64,000 bases of DNA from the human T2T-CHM13v2.0 reference genome, Homo sapiens: the NCBI RefSeq assembly GCF_009914755.1, contig NC_060937.1, one strand, 5' to 3'. How positions within the stretch are numbered: the stretch's first letter is position 1; each line of letters begins with the position of its first letter. This document shows, in pieces, positions 1 through 15,619 of the stretch. The notes below the pieces were generated by a model. That model was given only the letters and a program-made list of their open reading frames with translations. It was not told the DNA's origin and made no database searches. A program made the translations under genes and the position numbers.

Positions 1-3000
1 AAAATATCAAATTACCCAAACTATACATTATATACTGTACGTAAAATATGAAATTACATCAAATATATATTATATTAGATACATAAAATATGAAAGTACA
101 TCAAATATAGATTATATACTATACATAAAATATCAAAGTACCCCAAATATATATTATGTACTCTACATGAAATATCAAAGTTCACAAACTATATATTATA
201 TACTGTACATAAAATATCAAAGTACCCAAGGTATATATTCTATACTGTACAAAAAATATCAAAGTACCCAAAGCATGTATTATATACTGTACATAAAATA
301 TGAAAGTACATCAAATATACCTTTTATTCTGTACATAATATATCAAAGTACACCAGATATATATACTATAGTGTACATAAAATAACAAAGTACAAAAACT
401 ATAAATTATATACTGTACATAAAATATGAAATTACATCAAATACATATTAGGTACATAAAATATGAAAGTACATCAAATATAGATTATATACTGTACATA
501 AAATATCAATGTACCCCAAATATATATTTTATACTCTACATGAAATATCAAAGTTCACAAACCATATATTATATACTGTACATAAAATATCAAAGTACCC
601 AAGGTATATATTCTACACTGTACAAAAAATACCAAAGTACCCAAAGCATGTATTATATACTGTACATAAAATATGAAAGTACATCAAATATATATTTTAT
701 TCTGTACATGAAATATCAAAGTACCGAAAACATGTATTATATACTGTACATAAAATATGAAAGTACATCAAATATATATTTTATTCTGTACATGAAATAT
801 CGAAGTATACCAGATATATATTCTATAGTGTACATAAAATATCAAAGTACCCAAACTATACATTATATACTGTTCATAAAATATGAAATTACATCAAATA
901 TATATTATATTAGGTACATAAAATATGAAAGTACATCAAATATAGATTATATACTGTACATAAAATATCAAAGTACCCCAAATATATATTATATACTCTA
1001 CATGAAATTTCAAAGTTCACAAACTATATATTATATACTGGACATAAAATATCAAAGTACCCAAGGTATATATTCTATAATGTACAAAAAATGTCAAAGT
1101 AACCAAAGCGTGTATTATATACTGTATATAAAATATGAAATTACATCAAATATATATTTTATTCTGTACATAAAATATCAAAGTACACCAGATATATATT
1201 CTATACTGTACATAAAATATCAAAGTACCCAATCTATACAGTATATACTGTACATAAAATATGAAATTACATCAAATATATATTATATTAGGTACATAAA
1301 ATACGAATGTACATCAAATATAGATTATATACTGTACATAAAATATCAAAGTACCCCAAATATATATTACATACTCTACATGAAATATCAAAGTTCACAA
1401 ACTATATATTATATACTGTACCTAAAATATCAAAGTACCCAACGTACATATTCTATACTGTACAAAAAATATCAAAGTACCCAAAGCATGTATTATATAC
1501 TGTATATAAAATATGAAAGTACATCAAATATATATTTTATTCTGTACATAAAATATCAAAGTACACCAGATATATATTCTATAGTGTACATAAAATATCA
1601 AAGTACCCAAACTATACATTATATACTGTACATAAAATATGAAATTACATCAAATATATTTTATATTAGGTACATAAAATATGAAAGTACATCAAATATA
1701 GATTATATACTGTACATAAAATATCAATGTACCCCAAATATATATTTTATACTCTACATGAAATATCAAAGTTCAGAAACCATATCTTATATACTGTACA
1801 TAAAATATCAAAGTACCCAAGGTATATATTCTATACTGTACAAAAAATATCAAAGTACCCAAAGCATGTATTATATACTGTACATAAAATATGAAAGTAC
1901 ATCAAATATATATTTTATTCTGTACATAAAATATCAAAGTACACCAGATATATATTCTATAGTGTACATAAAATATCAACGTACCCAAACTATTTATTAT
2001 ATACTGTACATAAAATATGGAATTACATCAAATATATATTATATTAGGTACATAAAATATGAAAGTACATCAAATATAGATTATATGCTGTACATTAAAT
2101 ACCAAAGTACCCCAAATATATATTTTATACTGTACATGAAATATCAAAGTTCACAAACTATATATTATATACTGTACATAAAATATCAAAGTACCCAAGG
2201 TATATATTCTATACTGTACCTAAAATATCAAAGTACCCAAAGCACGTATTATATACTGTACATAAAATATGAAAGTACATCAAATATATATTTAATTCTG
2301 TACATAAAATATCAAAGTACACCAGATATATATTCTATAGTGTACATAAAATAACAAAGTACACAAACCATAAATTGTATACTGTACATAAAATATGACA
2401 TTACATCAAATATATATTAGGTACCTAAAATATGAAAGTACATCAAATATATATTTTATTCTGTACATAAAATATCAAAGTACACCAGATATATATTCTA
2501 TAGTGTACATAAAATATCAAAGTACCCAAACTATACATTATATACTGTAAATAAAATATGAAATTACGTCAAATATAATTTATATTAGGTACATAAAATA
2601 TGAAAGTACATCAAATATAGATTATATACTGTACATTAAATACCAAAGTACCCCAAATATATATTTTATACTGTACATGAAATATCAAAGTTCACAAACT
2701 ATATATTATATACTGTACATATAATATCAAAGTACCCGAGGTATATATTCTATAATGTACAAAAAATAACAAAGTACTAAAAGCATGTATTATATACTGT
2801 ACCTAAAATATGAAAGTACATCAAATATATATTTTATTCTGTACATAAAATATCAAAGTACACCAGATATATATTCTATAGTGTACATAAAATATCAACG
2901 TACCCAAACTATACATTATATACTGTACATAAAATATGAAATTACATCAAATATATACTAGGTACATAAAATATGAAAGGACATCAAATATAGATTATAT

Positions 3001-6000
3001 ACTGTACATAAAATATCAAAGTACCCCAAATATATATTATATACTGTATATGAAATATCAAAGTTCACAAACTATATATTATATACTTTACATAAAATAT
3101 CAAAGTACCCAAGGTATATATTCTATACTGTACAAAAAATATCAAAGTACCCAAAGCATGTATTATATACTGTACATAAAATATGAAAGTACATCAAATA
3201 TATATTTTATTCTGTACATAATATATCAAAGTACACCAGATATATATTCTATAGTGTACATAAAATAACAAAGTACACAAACTATAAATTATATACTGTA
3301 CATAAAATATGAAATTACATCAAATATACATTAGGTACATAAAATATGAAAGTACATCAAATATAGATTATATACTGTACATAAAATATCAATGTACCCC
3401 AAATATATATTTTATACTCTACATGAAATATCAAAGTTCACAAACTATATATTATATACTGTACATAAAATATCAAAGTACCCAAGGTATATATTCTATA
3501 CTGTACAAAAAATATCAAAGTACCCAAAGCATGTATTATATACTGTACATAAAATATGAAAGTACATCAAATATATATTTTATTCTGTACATAAAATATC
3601 AAAGTACACCAGATATATATTCTATAGTGTACATAAAATATCAAAGTACCCAAACTATACATTATATACTGTACATAAAATATGAAATTACATCAAATAT
3701 ATATTATATTAGGTACATAAAATATGAAAGTACATCAAATATAGATTATATACTGTACATTAAAAACCAAAGTACCCCAAATATATATTTTATACTGTAC
3801 ATGAAATATCAAAGTTCACAAACTATATATTATATACTGTACATAAAATATCAAAGTACCCAAGGTATATATTCTATACTGTAGAAAAAATATCAAAGTA
3901 CCAAAAGCATGTATTATATACTGTACCTAAAATATGAAAGTACATCAAATATATATTTTATTCTGTACATAAAATATCAAAGTACACCAGATATATATTC
4001 TATAGTGTACATAAAATATCAAAGTACCCAAACTATACATTATATACTGTACATAAAATATGAAATTACATCAAATACATTTTATATTAGGTACATAAAA
4101 TATGAAAGTACATCAAATATAGATTAAATACTGTACATAAAATACCAAAGTACCCCAAATATATAATTTATACTGTACATGAAATATCAAAGTTCACAAA
4201 CTATATATTATATACTGTACATAAAATATCAAAGTACCCAAGGTATATATTCTATACTGTACAAAAAATATCAAAGTACCCAAAGCACGTATTATATACT
4301 GTACATAAAATATGAAAGTACATCATATATATATTTTATTCTGTACATAAAATATCAAAGTACACCAGATATATATTCTATAGTGTACATAAAATATCAA
4401 AGTACCCAAACTATACATTATATACTGTACATAAAATATGAAATTACATCAAATATATATTAAGTACTTAAAATATGAAAGTACATCAAATATAGATTAT
4501 ATACTGTACATAAAATATCAATGTACCCCAAATATATATTTTATACTCTACATGAAATATCAAAGTTCAAAAATCATATATTATATACTGTACATAAAAT
4601 ATCAAAGTACCCAAGGTATATATTCTATACTATACAAAAAATATCAAGGTACCCAAAGCATGTATTATATATTGTACATAAAATATGAAAGTACATCAAA
4701 TATATATTTTATTCTGTACATAAAATATCAAAGTACACCAGATATATATTCTATAGTGTACATAAAATATCAAAGTACCCAAACTATACATTATATACTG
4801 TACATAAAATATGAAATTACATCAAATATATATTTTATTAGGAACATAAAATATGAAAGTACATCAAATATAGATTATATGCTGTACATTAAATACCAAA
4901 GTACCCCAAATATATATTTTATACTGTACATGAAATATCAAAGTTCACAAACTATATATTATATACTGTACATAAAATATAAAAGTACCCAAGGTATATA
5001 TTCTATACTGTACAAAAAATATCAAAGTACGCAAAGCACGTATTATATACTGTACATAAAATATGAAAGTACATCACATATATATTTTATTCTGTACATA
5101 AAATATCAAAGTACACCAGATATATATACTATAGTTTACATAAAATATCAAAGTACCCAAACTATACATTATATACTGTACATAAAATATGAAATTACAT
5201 CAAATTTATATTAGGTACATAAAATATGAAAGTACATCAAATATAGATTATATACTGTACATAAAATATCAAAGTACCCCAAATATATATTATATACTCT
5301 ACATGAAATATCAAAATTCACAAACTATATATTATATACTGTATATAATATATCAAAGTACCCAAGGTATATTTTCTATACTGTACAAAAAATATCAAAG
5401 TACCCAAAGCATGTATTATATACTGTACATAAAATATGAAAGTACATCAAATATATATTTTATTCTGTACATAAAATATCAAAGTACACCAGATATATAT
5501 TCTATAGTGTACATAAAATAACAAAGTACACAAACTATAAATTATATACTGTACATAAAATATGAAATTACATCAAATATATATTAGGTACATAAAATAT
5601 GAAATTACATCAAATATAGATTATATACTGTACATATAATATCAATGTACCCCAAATATATATTTTATTCTCTACATCAAATATCAAAGTTCACAAAGCA
5701 TACATTATATACTGTACATAAAATATCAAAGTACCCAAGGTATATATTCTATACTGTACAAAAAATATCAAAGTACCCAAAGCATGTATTATATACTGTA
5801 CATAAAATATGAATGTACATCAAATATATATTTTATTCTGTACATAAAATATCAAAGCACACCAGATATATATTCTATAGTGTACATAAAATAACAAAGT
5901 ACACAAACTATAAATTATATACTGTACATAAAATATGAAATTACATCAAATATATATTAGGTACATAAAATATGAAAGTACATCAAATATAGATTATATA

Positions 6001-6289
6001 CTGTACATATAATATCAATGTACCCCAAATATATATTTTATTCTCTACATGAAATATAAAAGTTCACAAACCATATATTATATACTGTACATAAAATATC
6101 AAAGTACCCAAGGTATATATTCTATACTGTACAAAAAACATCAAAGTACCCAAAGCATGTATTATATACTGTACATAAAATATGAAAGTACATCAAATAT
6201 ATATTTTATTCTGTACATAAAATATCAAAGTACACCAGATATGTATTCTATAGTGTACATAAAATATCAAAGTACCCAAACTATACATT

Positions 6290-7040
6290 ATATACTGTAC
6301 ATAAAATATGAAATTACATCAAATATATATTAGGTACATAAAATATGAAAGTACATCAAATATAGATTATATACTGTACATAAAATATCAATGTACCCCA
6401 AATATATATTTTATACTCTACATGAAATATCAAAGTTCACAAACCATATCTTATATACTGTACATAAAATATCAAAGTACCCAAGGTATATATTCTATAC
6501 TGTACAAAAAATATCAAAGTACCCAAAGCATGTATTATATACTGTACATAAAATATGAAAGTACATCAAATATAGATTTTATTCTGTACATAAAATATCA
6601 AAGTACACCAGATATATATTCTATAGTGTACATAAAATATCAAAGTACCAAAACTATACATTATATACTGTACATAAAATATGAAATTACATCAAATATA
6701 TATTAGGTACATAAAATATGAAAGTACATCAAATATAGATTATATACTGTACATAAAATATCAATGTACCCCAAATATATATTTTATACTCTACATGAAA
6801 TATCAAAGTTCACAAACCATATCTTATATACTGTACATAAAATATCAAAGTACCCAAGGTATATATTCTATACTGTACAAAAAATATCAAAGTACCCAAA
6901 GCATGTATTATATACTGTACATAAAATATGAAAGTACATCAAATATAGATTTTATTCTGTACATAAAATATCAAAGTACACCAGATATATATTCTATAGT
7001 GTACATAAAATATCAAAGTACCCAAACTATACATTATATA
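6290..7040 (+). repeat. Near-identical tandem pair of 373-bp HORs
   Basis: ORFs at 6308 and 6681 are offset by 373. Both copies share the rare variants ACCATATCTTAT and AATATAGATTTTATTC (about 6570 and 6943). Confidence 0.85.
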
Positions 7041-8366
7041 CTGTACATAAAATATGAAATTACATCAAATATATATTATATTAGGTACATAAAATATGAA
7101 AGTACATCAAATATAGATTATATACTGTACATTAAATACCAAAGTACCCCAAATATATATTTTATATTGTACATGAAATATCAAAGTTCACAAACTATAT
7201 ATTATATACTGTACATGTAATATCAAAGTACCCGAGGTATATATTCTATACTGTACAAAAAATAACAAAGTACCAAAAGCATTTATTATATACTGTACAT
7301 AAAATATGAAAGTACATCAAATATAGATTTTATTCTGTACATAAAATATCAAAGTACACCAGATATATATTCTATAGTGTACATAAAATATCAAAGTACC
7401 CAAACTATACATTATATACTGTACATAAAACATGAAATTACATAAAATATATATTATATTAGGTACATAAAATATGAAAGTATATCAAATATAGATTATA
7501 TACTGTACATTAAATAGCAAAGTACCCCAAATATATATTTTATACTGTACATGAAATATCAAAGTTCACAAACTATATATTATATACTGTACATGTAATA
7601 TCAAAGTACCCGAGGTATATATTCTATACTGTACAAAAAATAACAAAGTACCAAAAGCATGTATTATATACTGTACCTAAAATATGAAATTACATCAAAT
7701 ATATATTTTATTCTGTACATAAAATATCAAAGTACAACAGATATATATTCTATAGTGTACATAAAATATCAAAGTACCCAAACTATACATTATATACTGT
7801 ACATAAAATATGAAATTACATCAAATATATATTAGGTACATAAAATATGAAAGTACATCAAATATAGATTATATACTGTACATAAAATATCAAAGTACCC
7901 CAAATATATATTATATACTGTACATGAAATATCAAAGTTCACAAACTATATATTATATACTGTACATAAAATATCAAAGTACCCAAGGTATATATTCTAT
8001 ACTGTACAAAAAATATCAAAGTACCCAAAGCATGTATTATATACTGTACATAAAATATGAAAGTACATCAAATATATATTTTATTCTGTACATAAAATAT
8101 CAAGGTACACCAGATATATATTCTATAGTGTACATAAAATAGCAAAGTACACAAACTATAAATTATATACTGTACATAAAATATGAAATTACATCAAATA
8201 TATATTAGGTACATAAAATATGAAAGTACATCAAATATAGATTATATACTGTACATAAAATATCAATGTACCCCAAATATATATTTTATACTCTACATGA
8301 AATATGAAAGTTCACAAACCATATATTGTATACTGTACATAAAATATCAAAGTACCCAAGGTATGT

Positions 8367-11300
8367 ATTCTATACTGTACAAAAAATATCAAAGTACCCA
8401 AAGCATGTATTATATACTGTACATAAAATATGAAAGTACATCAAATATATATTTTATTCTGTACATAAAATATCAAAGTACACCAGATATATATTCTATA
8501 GTGTACATAAAATATCAAAGGACCCAAACTATACATTATATACTGTACATAAAATATGAAATTACATCAAATATATATTAGGTACATAAAATATGAAAGT
8601 ACATCAAATATAGATTACATACTGTACATTAAATACCAAAGTACCCCGAATATATATTTTATACTGTGCATGAAATATCAAAGTTCACACACTATATATT
8701 ATATACTGTACATAAAATATCAAAGTACCCAAGGTATATATTCTATACTGTACAAAAAATATCAAAGTACCCAAAGCATGTATTATATACTGTACATAAA
8801 GTACGAAAGTACATCAAATATATATTTTATTCTGTACATAAAATATCAAGGTACACCAGATATATATTCTATAGTGTACATAAAATATCAAAGTACCCAA
8901 ACTATAAATTATATACTGTACATAAAATATGAAATTACATCAAATATATATTATATTAGGTACATAAAATATGAAAGTACATCAAATATAGATTATATAC
9001 TCTACATTAAATACCAAAGTACCCCAAATATATATTTGATACTGTACATGAAATATCAAATTTCACAAACTATATATTATATACTGTACATAAAATATCA
9101 AAGTACCCAAGGTATATATTCTATACTGTACAAAAAATATCAAACTACCAAAAGCATGTATTATATACTGTACCTAAAATATGAAAGTACATCAAATATA
9201 TATTTTATTCTGTACATAAAATATCAAGGTACACCAGATATATATTCTATAGTGTATATAAAATAGCAAAGTACACAAACTATAAATTATATACTGTACA
9301 TAAAATATGAAATTACATCAAATATATATTAGGTACATAAAATATGAAAGTACATCAAATATAGATTATATACTGTACATAAAATATCAATGTACCCCAA
9401 ATATATATTTTATACTCTACATGAAATATCAAAGTTCACAAACCATATATTGTATACTGTACATAAAATATCAAAGTACCCAAGGTATGTATTCTATACT
9501 GTACAAAAAATATCAAAGTACCCAAAGCATGTATTATATACTGTACATAAAATAGGAAAGTACATCAAATATATATTTTATTCTGTACATAAAGTATCAA
9601 AGTACACCAGACATATATTCTATAGAGTACATAAAATATCAAAGTACCCAAACTATACATTATATACTGTACATAAAATATGAAATTACATCAAATATAT
9701 ATTATATTAGGTACATAAAATATGAAAGTACATCAAATATAGATTATATACTGTACATTAAATACGAAAGTACCCCAAATATATATTTTATACTGTACAT
9801 GAAATATCACAGTTCACACACTATATATTATATACTGTACATAAAATATCAAAGTACCCAAGGTATATATTCTATACTGTACAAAAAATATCAAAGTACC
9901 CAAAGCATGTATTATATACTGTACATAAAATATGAAAGTACATCAAATATATATTTTATTCTGTACATAAAATATCAAAGTACACCAGATATATATTCTA
10001 TAGTGTACATAAAATATCAAAGGACCCAAACTATACATTATATACTGTACATAAAATATGAAATTACATCAAATATATATTAGGTACATAAAATATGAAA
10101 GTACATCAAATATAGATTACATACTGTACATTAAATACCAAAGTACCCCGAATATATATTTTATACTGTACATGAAATATCAAAGTTCACACACTATATA
10201 TTATATACTGTACATAAAATATCAAAGTACCCAAGGTATATATTCTATACTGTACAAAAAATATCAAAGTACCCAAAGCATGTATTATATACTGTACATA
10301 AAGTACGAAAGTACATCAAATATATATTTTATTCTGTACATAAAATATCAAGGTACACCAGATATATATTCTATAGTGTACATAAAATATCAAAGTACCC
10401 AAACTATAAATTATATACTGTACATAAAATATAAAATTACATCAAATATATATTATATTAGGTACATAAAATATGAAAGTACATCAAATATAGATTATAT
10501 ACTCTACATTAAATACCAAAGTACCCCAAATATATATTTGATACTGTACATGAAATATCAAATTTCACAAACTATATATTATATACTGTACATAAAATAT
10601 CAAAGTACCCAAGGTATATATTCTATACTGTACAAAAAATATCAAACTACCAAAAGCATGTATTATATACTGTACCTAAAATATGAAAGTACATCAAATA
10701 TATATTTTATTCTGTACATAAAATATCAAGGTACACCAGATATATATTCTATAGTGTATATAAAATAGCAAAGTACACAAACTATAAATTATATACTGTA
10801 CATAAAATATGAAATTACATCAAATATATATTAGGTACATAAAATATGAAAGTACATCAAATATAGATTATATACTGTACATAAAATATCAATGTACCCC
10901 AAATATATATTTTATACTCTACATGAAATATCAAAGTTCACAAACCATATATTGTATACTGTACATAAAATATCAAAGTACCCAAGGTATGTATTCTATA
11001 CTGTACAAAAAATATCAAAGTACCCAAAGCATGTATTATATACTGTACATAAAATAGGAAAGTACATCAAATATATATTTTATTCTGTACATAAAGTATC
11101 AAAGTACACCAGACATATATTCTATAGAGTACATAAAATATCAAAGTACCCAAACTATACATTATATACTGTACATAAAATATGAAATTACATCAAATAT
11201 ATATTATATTAGGTACATAAAATATGAAAGTACATCAAATATAGATTATATACTGTACATTAAATACGAAAGTACCCCAAATATATATTTTATACTGTAC

Positions 11301-11415
11301 ATGAAATATCACAGTTCACACACTATATATTATATACTGTACATAAAATATCAAAGTACCCAAGGTATATATTCTATACTGTACAAAAAATATCAAAGTA
11401 CCCAAAGCATGTATT
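8367..11415 (+). repeat. Recent 1502-bp tandem duplication (4 HORs = 2x378 + 2x373)
   Basis: Private variants recur at +1502: CAAAGGACCC at 8516/10018 and CACAGTTCACACAC at 9808/11310. ORF pairs 8556/10058, 9307/10809 and 9799/11301 show the same offset. Confidence 0.93.
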
Positions 11416-13459
11416 ACAAACTGTACATAAAATATGAAAGTACATCAAATATATATTTTATTCTGTACATAAAATATCAAAGTACACCAGATATATATTC
11501 TATAGTGTACATAAAATATCAAAGTACCCAAACTATACATTATATACTGTACATAAAATATGAAATTACATCAAATATATATTATATTAGGTACATAAAA
11601 TATGAAAGTACATCAAATATAGATTATATACTGTACATAATATATCAAAGTACCCCAAATATATATTATATACTCTACATGAAATATCAAAGTTCACAAA
11701 CTATATATTATATACTGTACATAAAATATCAAAGTACCCAAGGTATATATTCTATACTGCACAAAAAAATCAAAGTACCCAAAGCATGAATTATATACTG
11801 TATTTAAAATATGAAAGTACATCACATATATATTTTATTCTCTACATAATATATCAAAGTACACCAGATATATATTCTATAGTGTACGTAAAATAACAAA
11901 GTACACAAACTATAAATTATATACTGTACATAAAATATGAAATTACATCAAAAATATATTAGGTACATAAAATATGAAAGTACATCAAATATAGATTATA
12001 TACTGTACATAAAATATCAATGTACCCCAAATATATATTTTATACTCTACATGAAATATCAAAGTTCACAAACCATATATTGTATACTGTACATAAAATA
12101 TCAAAGTACCCAAGGTATGTATTCTATACTGTACAAAAAATATCAAAGAACCCAAAGCATGTATTATATACTGTGCATAAAATATGAAAGTACATCAAAT
12201 ATATATTTTATTCTGTACATAAAATATCAAAGTACACCAGATATATATTCTATAGTGTACATAAAATATCAAAGTACCCAAACTATACATTATATACTGT
12301 ACATAAAATATGAAATTACATCAAATATATATTAGGTACATAAAATATGAAAGTACATCAAATATAGATTATATACTGTACATAAAATATCAATGTACCC
12401 CAAATATATATTTTATACTCTACATGAAATATCAAAGTTCACAAACCATGTATTGTATACTGTACATAAAATATCAAAGTACCCAAGGTATCTATTCTAT
12501 ACTGTACAAAAAATATCAAAGTACCCAAAGCATGTATTATATACTGTACATAAAATATGAAAGTACATCAAATATATATTTTATTCTGTACATAAAATAT
12601 CAATGTACACCAGATATATATTCTATAGTGTTCATAAAATATCAAAGTACCCAAACTATACATTATATACTGTACATAAAATATGAAATTACATCAAATA
12701 TATATTATATTAGGTACATAAAATATGAAAGTACATCAAATATAGATTATATACTGTACATTAAGTACCAAAGTACCCCAAATATATATTTTATACTGTA
12801 CATGAAATATCAAAGTTCACAAACTATATATTATATACTGTACATAAAATATCAAAGTACTCAAGGTATATATTCTATACTGTACAAAAAATAACAAAGT
12901 ACCAAAAGCATGTATTATATACTGTACCTAAAATATGAAATTACATCAAATATATATTTTATTCTGTACATAAAATATCAAAGTACACCAGATATATATT
13001 CTATAGTGTACATAAAATATCAAAGTACCCAAACTATTTATTATATACTGTACATAAAATATGAAATTACATCAAATATATATTATATTAGGTACATAAA
13101 ATATGAAAGTACATCAAATATAGATTATATACTGTACATAAAATAACAATGTACCCCAAATATATATTTTATACTCTACATGAAATATCAAAGTTCACAA
13201 ACCATATCTTATAAACTGTACATAAAATATCAAAGTACCCAAGGTATATATTCTATACTGTACAAAAAATATCAAAGTACCCAAAGCATGTATTATGTAC
13301 TGTACATAAAACATGAAAGTACATCAAATATATATTTTATTCTGTACATGAAATATCAAAGTACCCAAAACATGTATTATATACTGTACATAAAATATGA
13401 AAGTACATCAAATATATATTTTATTCTGTACATGAAATATCGAAGTATACCAGATATAT

Positions 13460-15560
13460 ATTCTATAGTGTACATAAAATATCAAAGTACCCAAACTATA
13501 CATTATATACTGTACATAAAATATGAAATTACATCAAATATATATTATATTAGGTACATAAAATATGAAAGTACATGAAATATAGATTATATACTGTACA
13601 TAAAATATCAAGGTACCCCAAATATATATTATATACTCTACATGAAATATCAAAGTTCTCAAACTATATATTATATACTGTACATAAATTATCAAAGTAC
13701 CCAAGGTATATATTCTATACTGTACAAAAAATAACAAAGTACCTAAAACATGTATAATATACTGTACATAAAATATGAAAGTACATCAAATATATATTTT
13801 TTTCTGTACATAAAATATCAAAGTACACCCGATATATATTCTATAGTGTACATAAAATATCAAAGTACCCAAACTATACATTATATACTGTAAATAAAAT
13901 ATGAAATTACATCAAATATATTTTATATTAGGTACATAAAATATGAAAGTACATCAAATATATATTTTATTCTGTACATAAAATATCAAAGTACACCAGA
14001 TATATATTCTATAGTGTACATAAAATATCAAAGTACCCAAACTATACATTATATACTGTACATAAAATATGAAATTACATCAAATATATTTTATATTAGG
14101 TACATAAAATATGAAAGTACATCAAATATAGATTATATACTGTACATTAAATACCAAAGTACCCCAAATATATATTTTATACTGTACGTGAAATATCAAA
14201 GTTCACAAACTATATCTTATATACTGTACATATAATATCAAAGTACCCAAGGTATATATTCTATACTGTACAAAAAATAACAAAGTACCAAAATCATGTA
14301 TTATATACTGTACCTAAAATATGAAAGTACATCAAATATATATTTTATTCTGTACATAAAATATCAAAGTACACCAGATATATATTCTATAGTGTACATA
14401 AAATATCAAAGTACCCAAACTATACTTTATATACTGTACATAAAATATGAAATTACATCAAATATATATTATATTAGGTACATAAAATATGAAAGTACAT
14501 GAAATATAGATTATATACTGTACATAAAATATCAAGTTACCCCAAATATATATTATATACTCTACATGAAATATCAAAGTTCACAAACTATATATTATAT
14601 ACTGTACATAAAATATCAAAGTACCCAAGGTATATATTCTATACTGTACAAAAAATAACAAAGTACCAAAAGCATGTATAATATACTGTACATAAAATAT
14701 GAAAGTAAATCAAATATATATTTTATTCTGTACATAAAATATCAAAGTACACCAGATATATATTCTATAGTGTACATAAAATATCAAAGTACCCAAACTA
14801 TACATTATATACTGTAAATAAAATATGAAATTACATCAAATATATTTTATATTAGGTACATAAAATATGAAAGTACATCAAATATATATTTTATACTGTA
14901 CATAAAATATCAAAGTACACCAGATATATATTCTATACTGTACATAAAATATCAAAGTACCCAAACTATACATTATATACTGTACATAAAATATGAAATT
15001 ACATCAAATATATTTTATATTAGGTACATAAAATATGAAAGTACATCAAATATAGATTATATACTGTACATTAAATACCAAAGTACCCCAAATATATATT
15101 TTATACTGTACATGAAATATCAAAGTTCACAAACTATATATTATATACTGTACATATAATATCAAAGTACCCAAGGTATATATTCTATACTGTACAAAAA
15201 ATAACAAAGTACCAAAAGCATGTATTATATACTGTACCTAAAATATGAAAGTACATCAAATATATATTTTATTCTGTACATAAAATATCAAAGTACACCA
15301 GATATATATTCTATAGTGTACATAAAATATCAAAGTACCCAAACTATACATTATATACTGTAAATAAAATAGGAAATTACATCAAATATATTTTATATTA
15401 GGTACATAAAATATGAAAGTACATCAAATATATATTTTATTCTGTACATAAAATATCAAAGTACACCAGATATATATTCTATAGTGTACATAAAATATCA
15501 AAGTACCCAAACTATACATTATATACTGTACATAAAATATGAAATTACATCAAATTTATA
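13460..15560 (+). repeat. 924-bp (22-monomer) tandem duplication plus a 546-bp partial third copy, each containing a 168-bp 4-mer
   Basis: GTACATGAAATATAG at 13571/14495 (+924). TAAATAAAAT at 13891, 14815 and 15361 (+924, +546), each followed by m1 joined directly to m7-m8-m9. Confidence 0.85.
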
Positions 15561-15619
15561 TTATATTAGGTACATAAAATATGAAAGTACATCAAATATA
15601 GATTATATACTGTACATAA

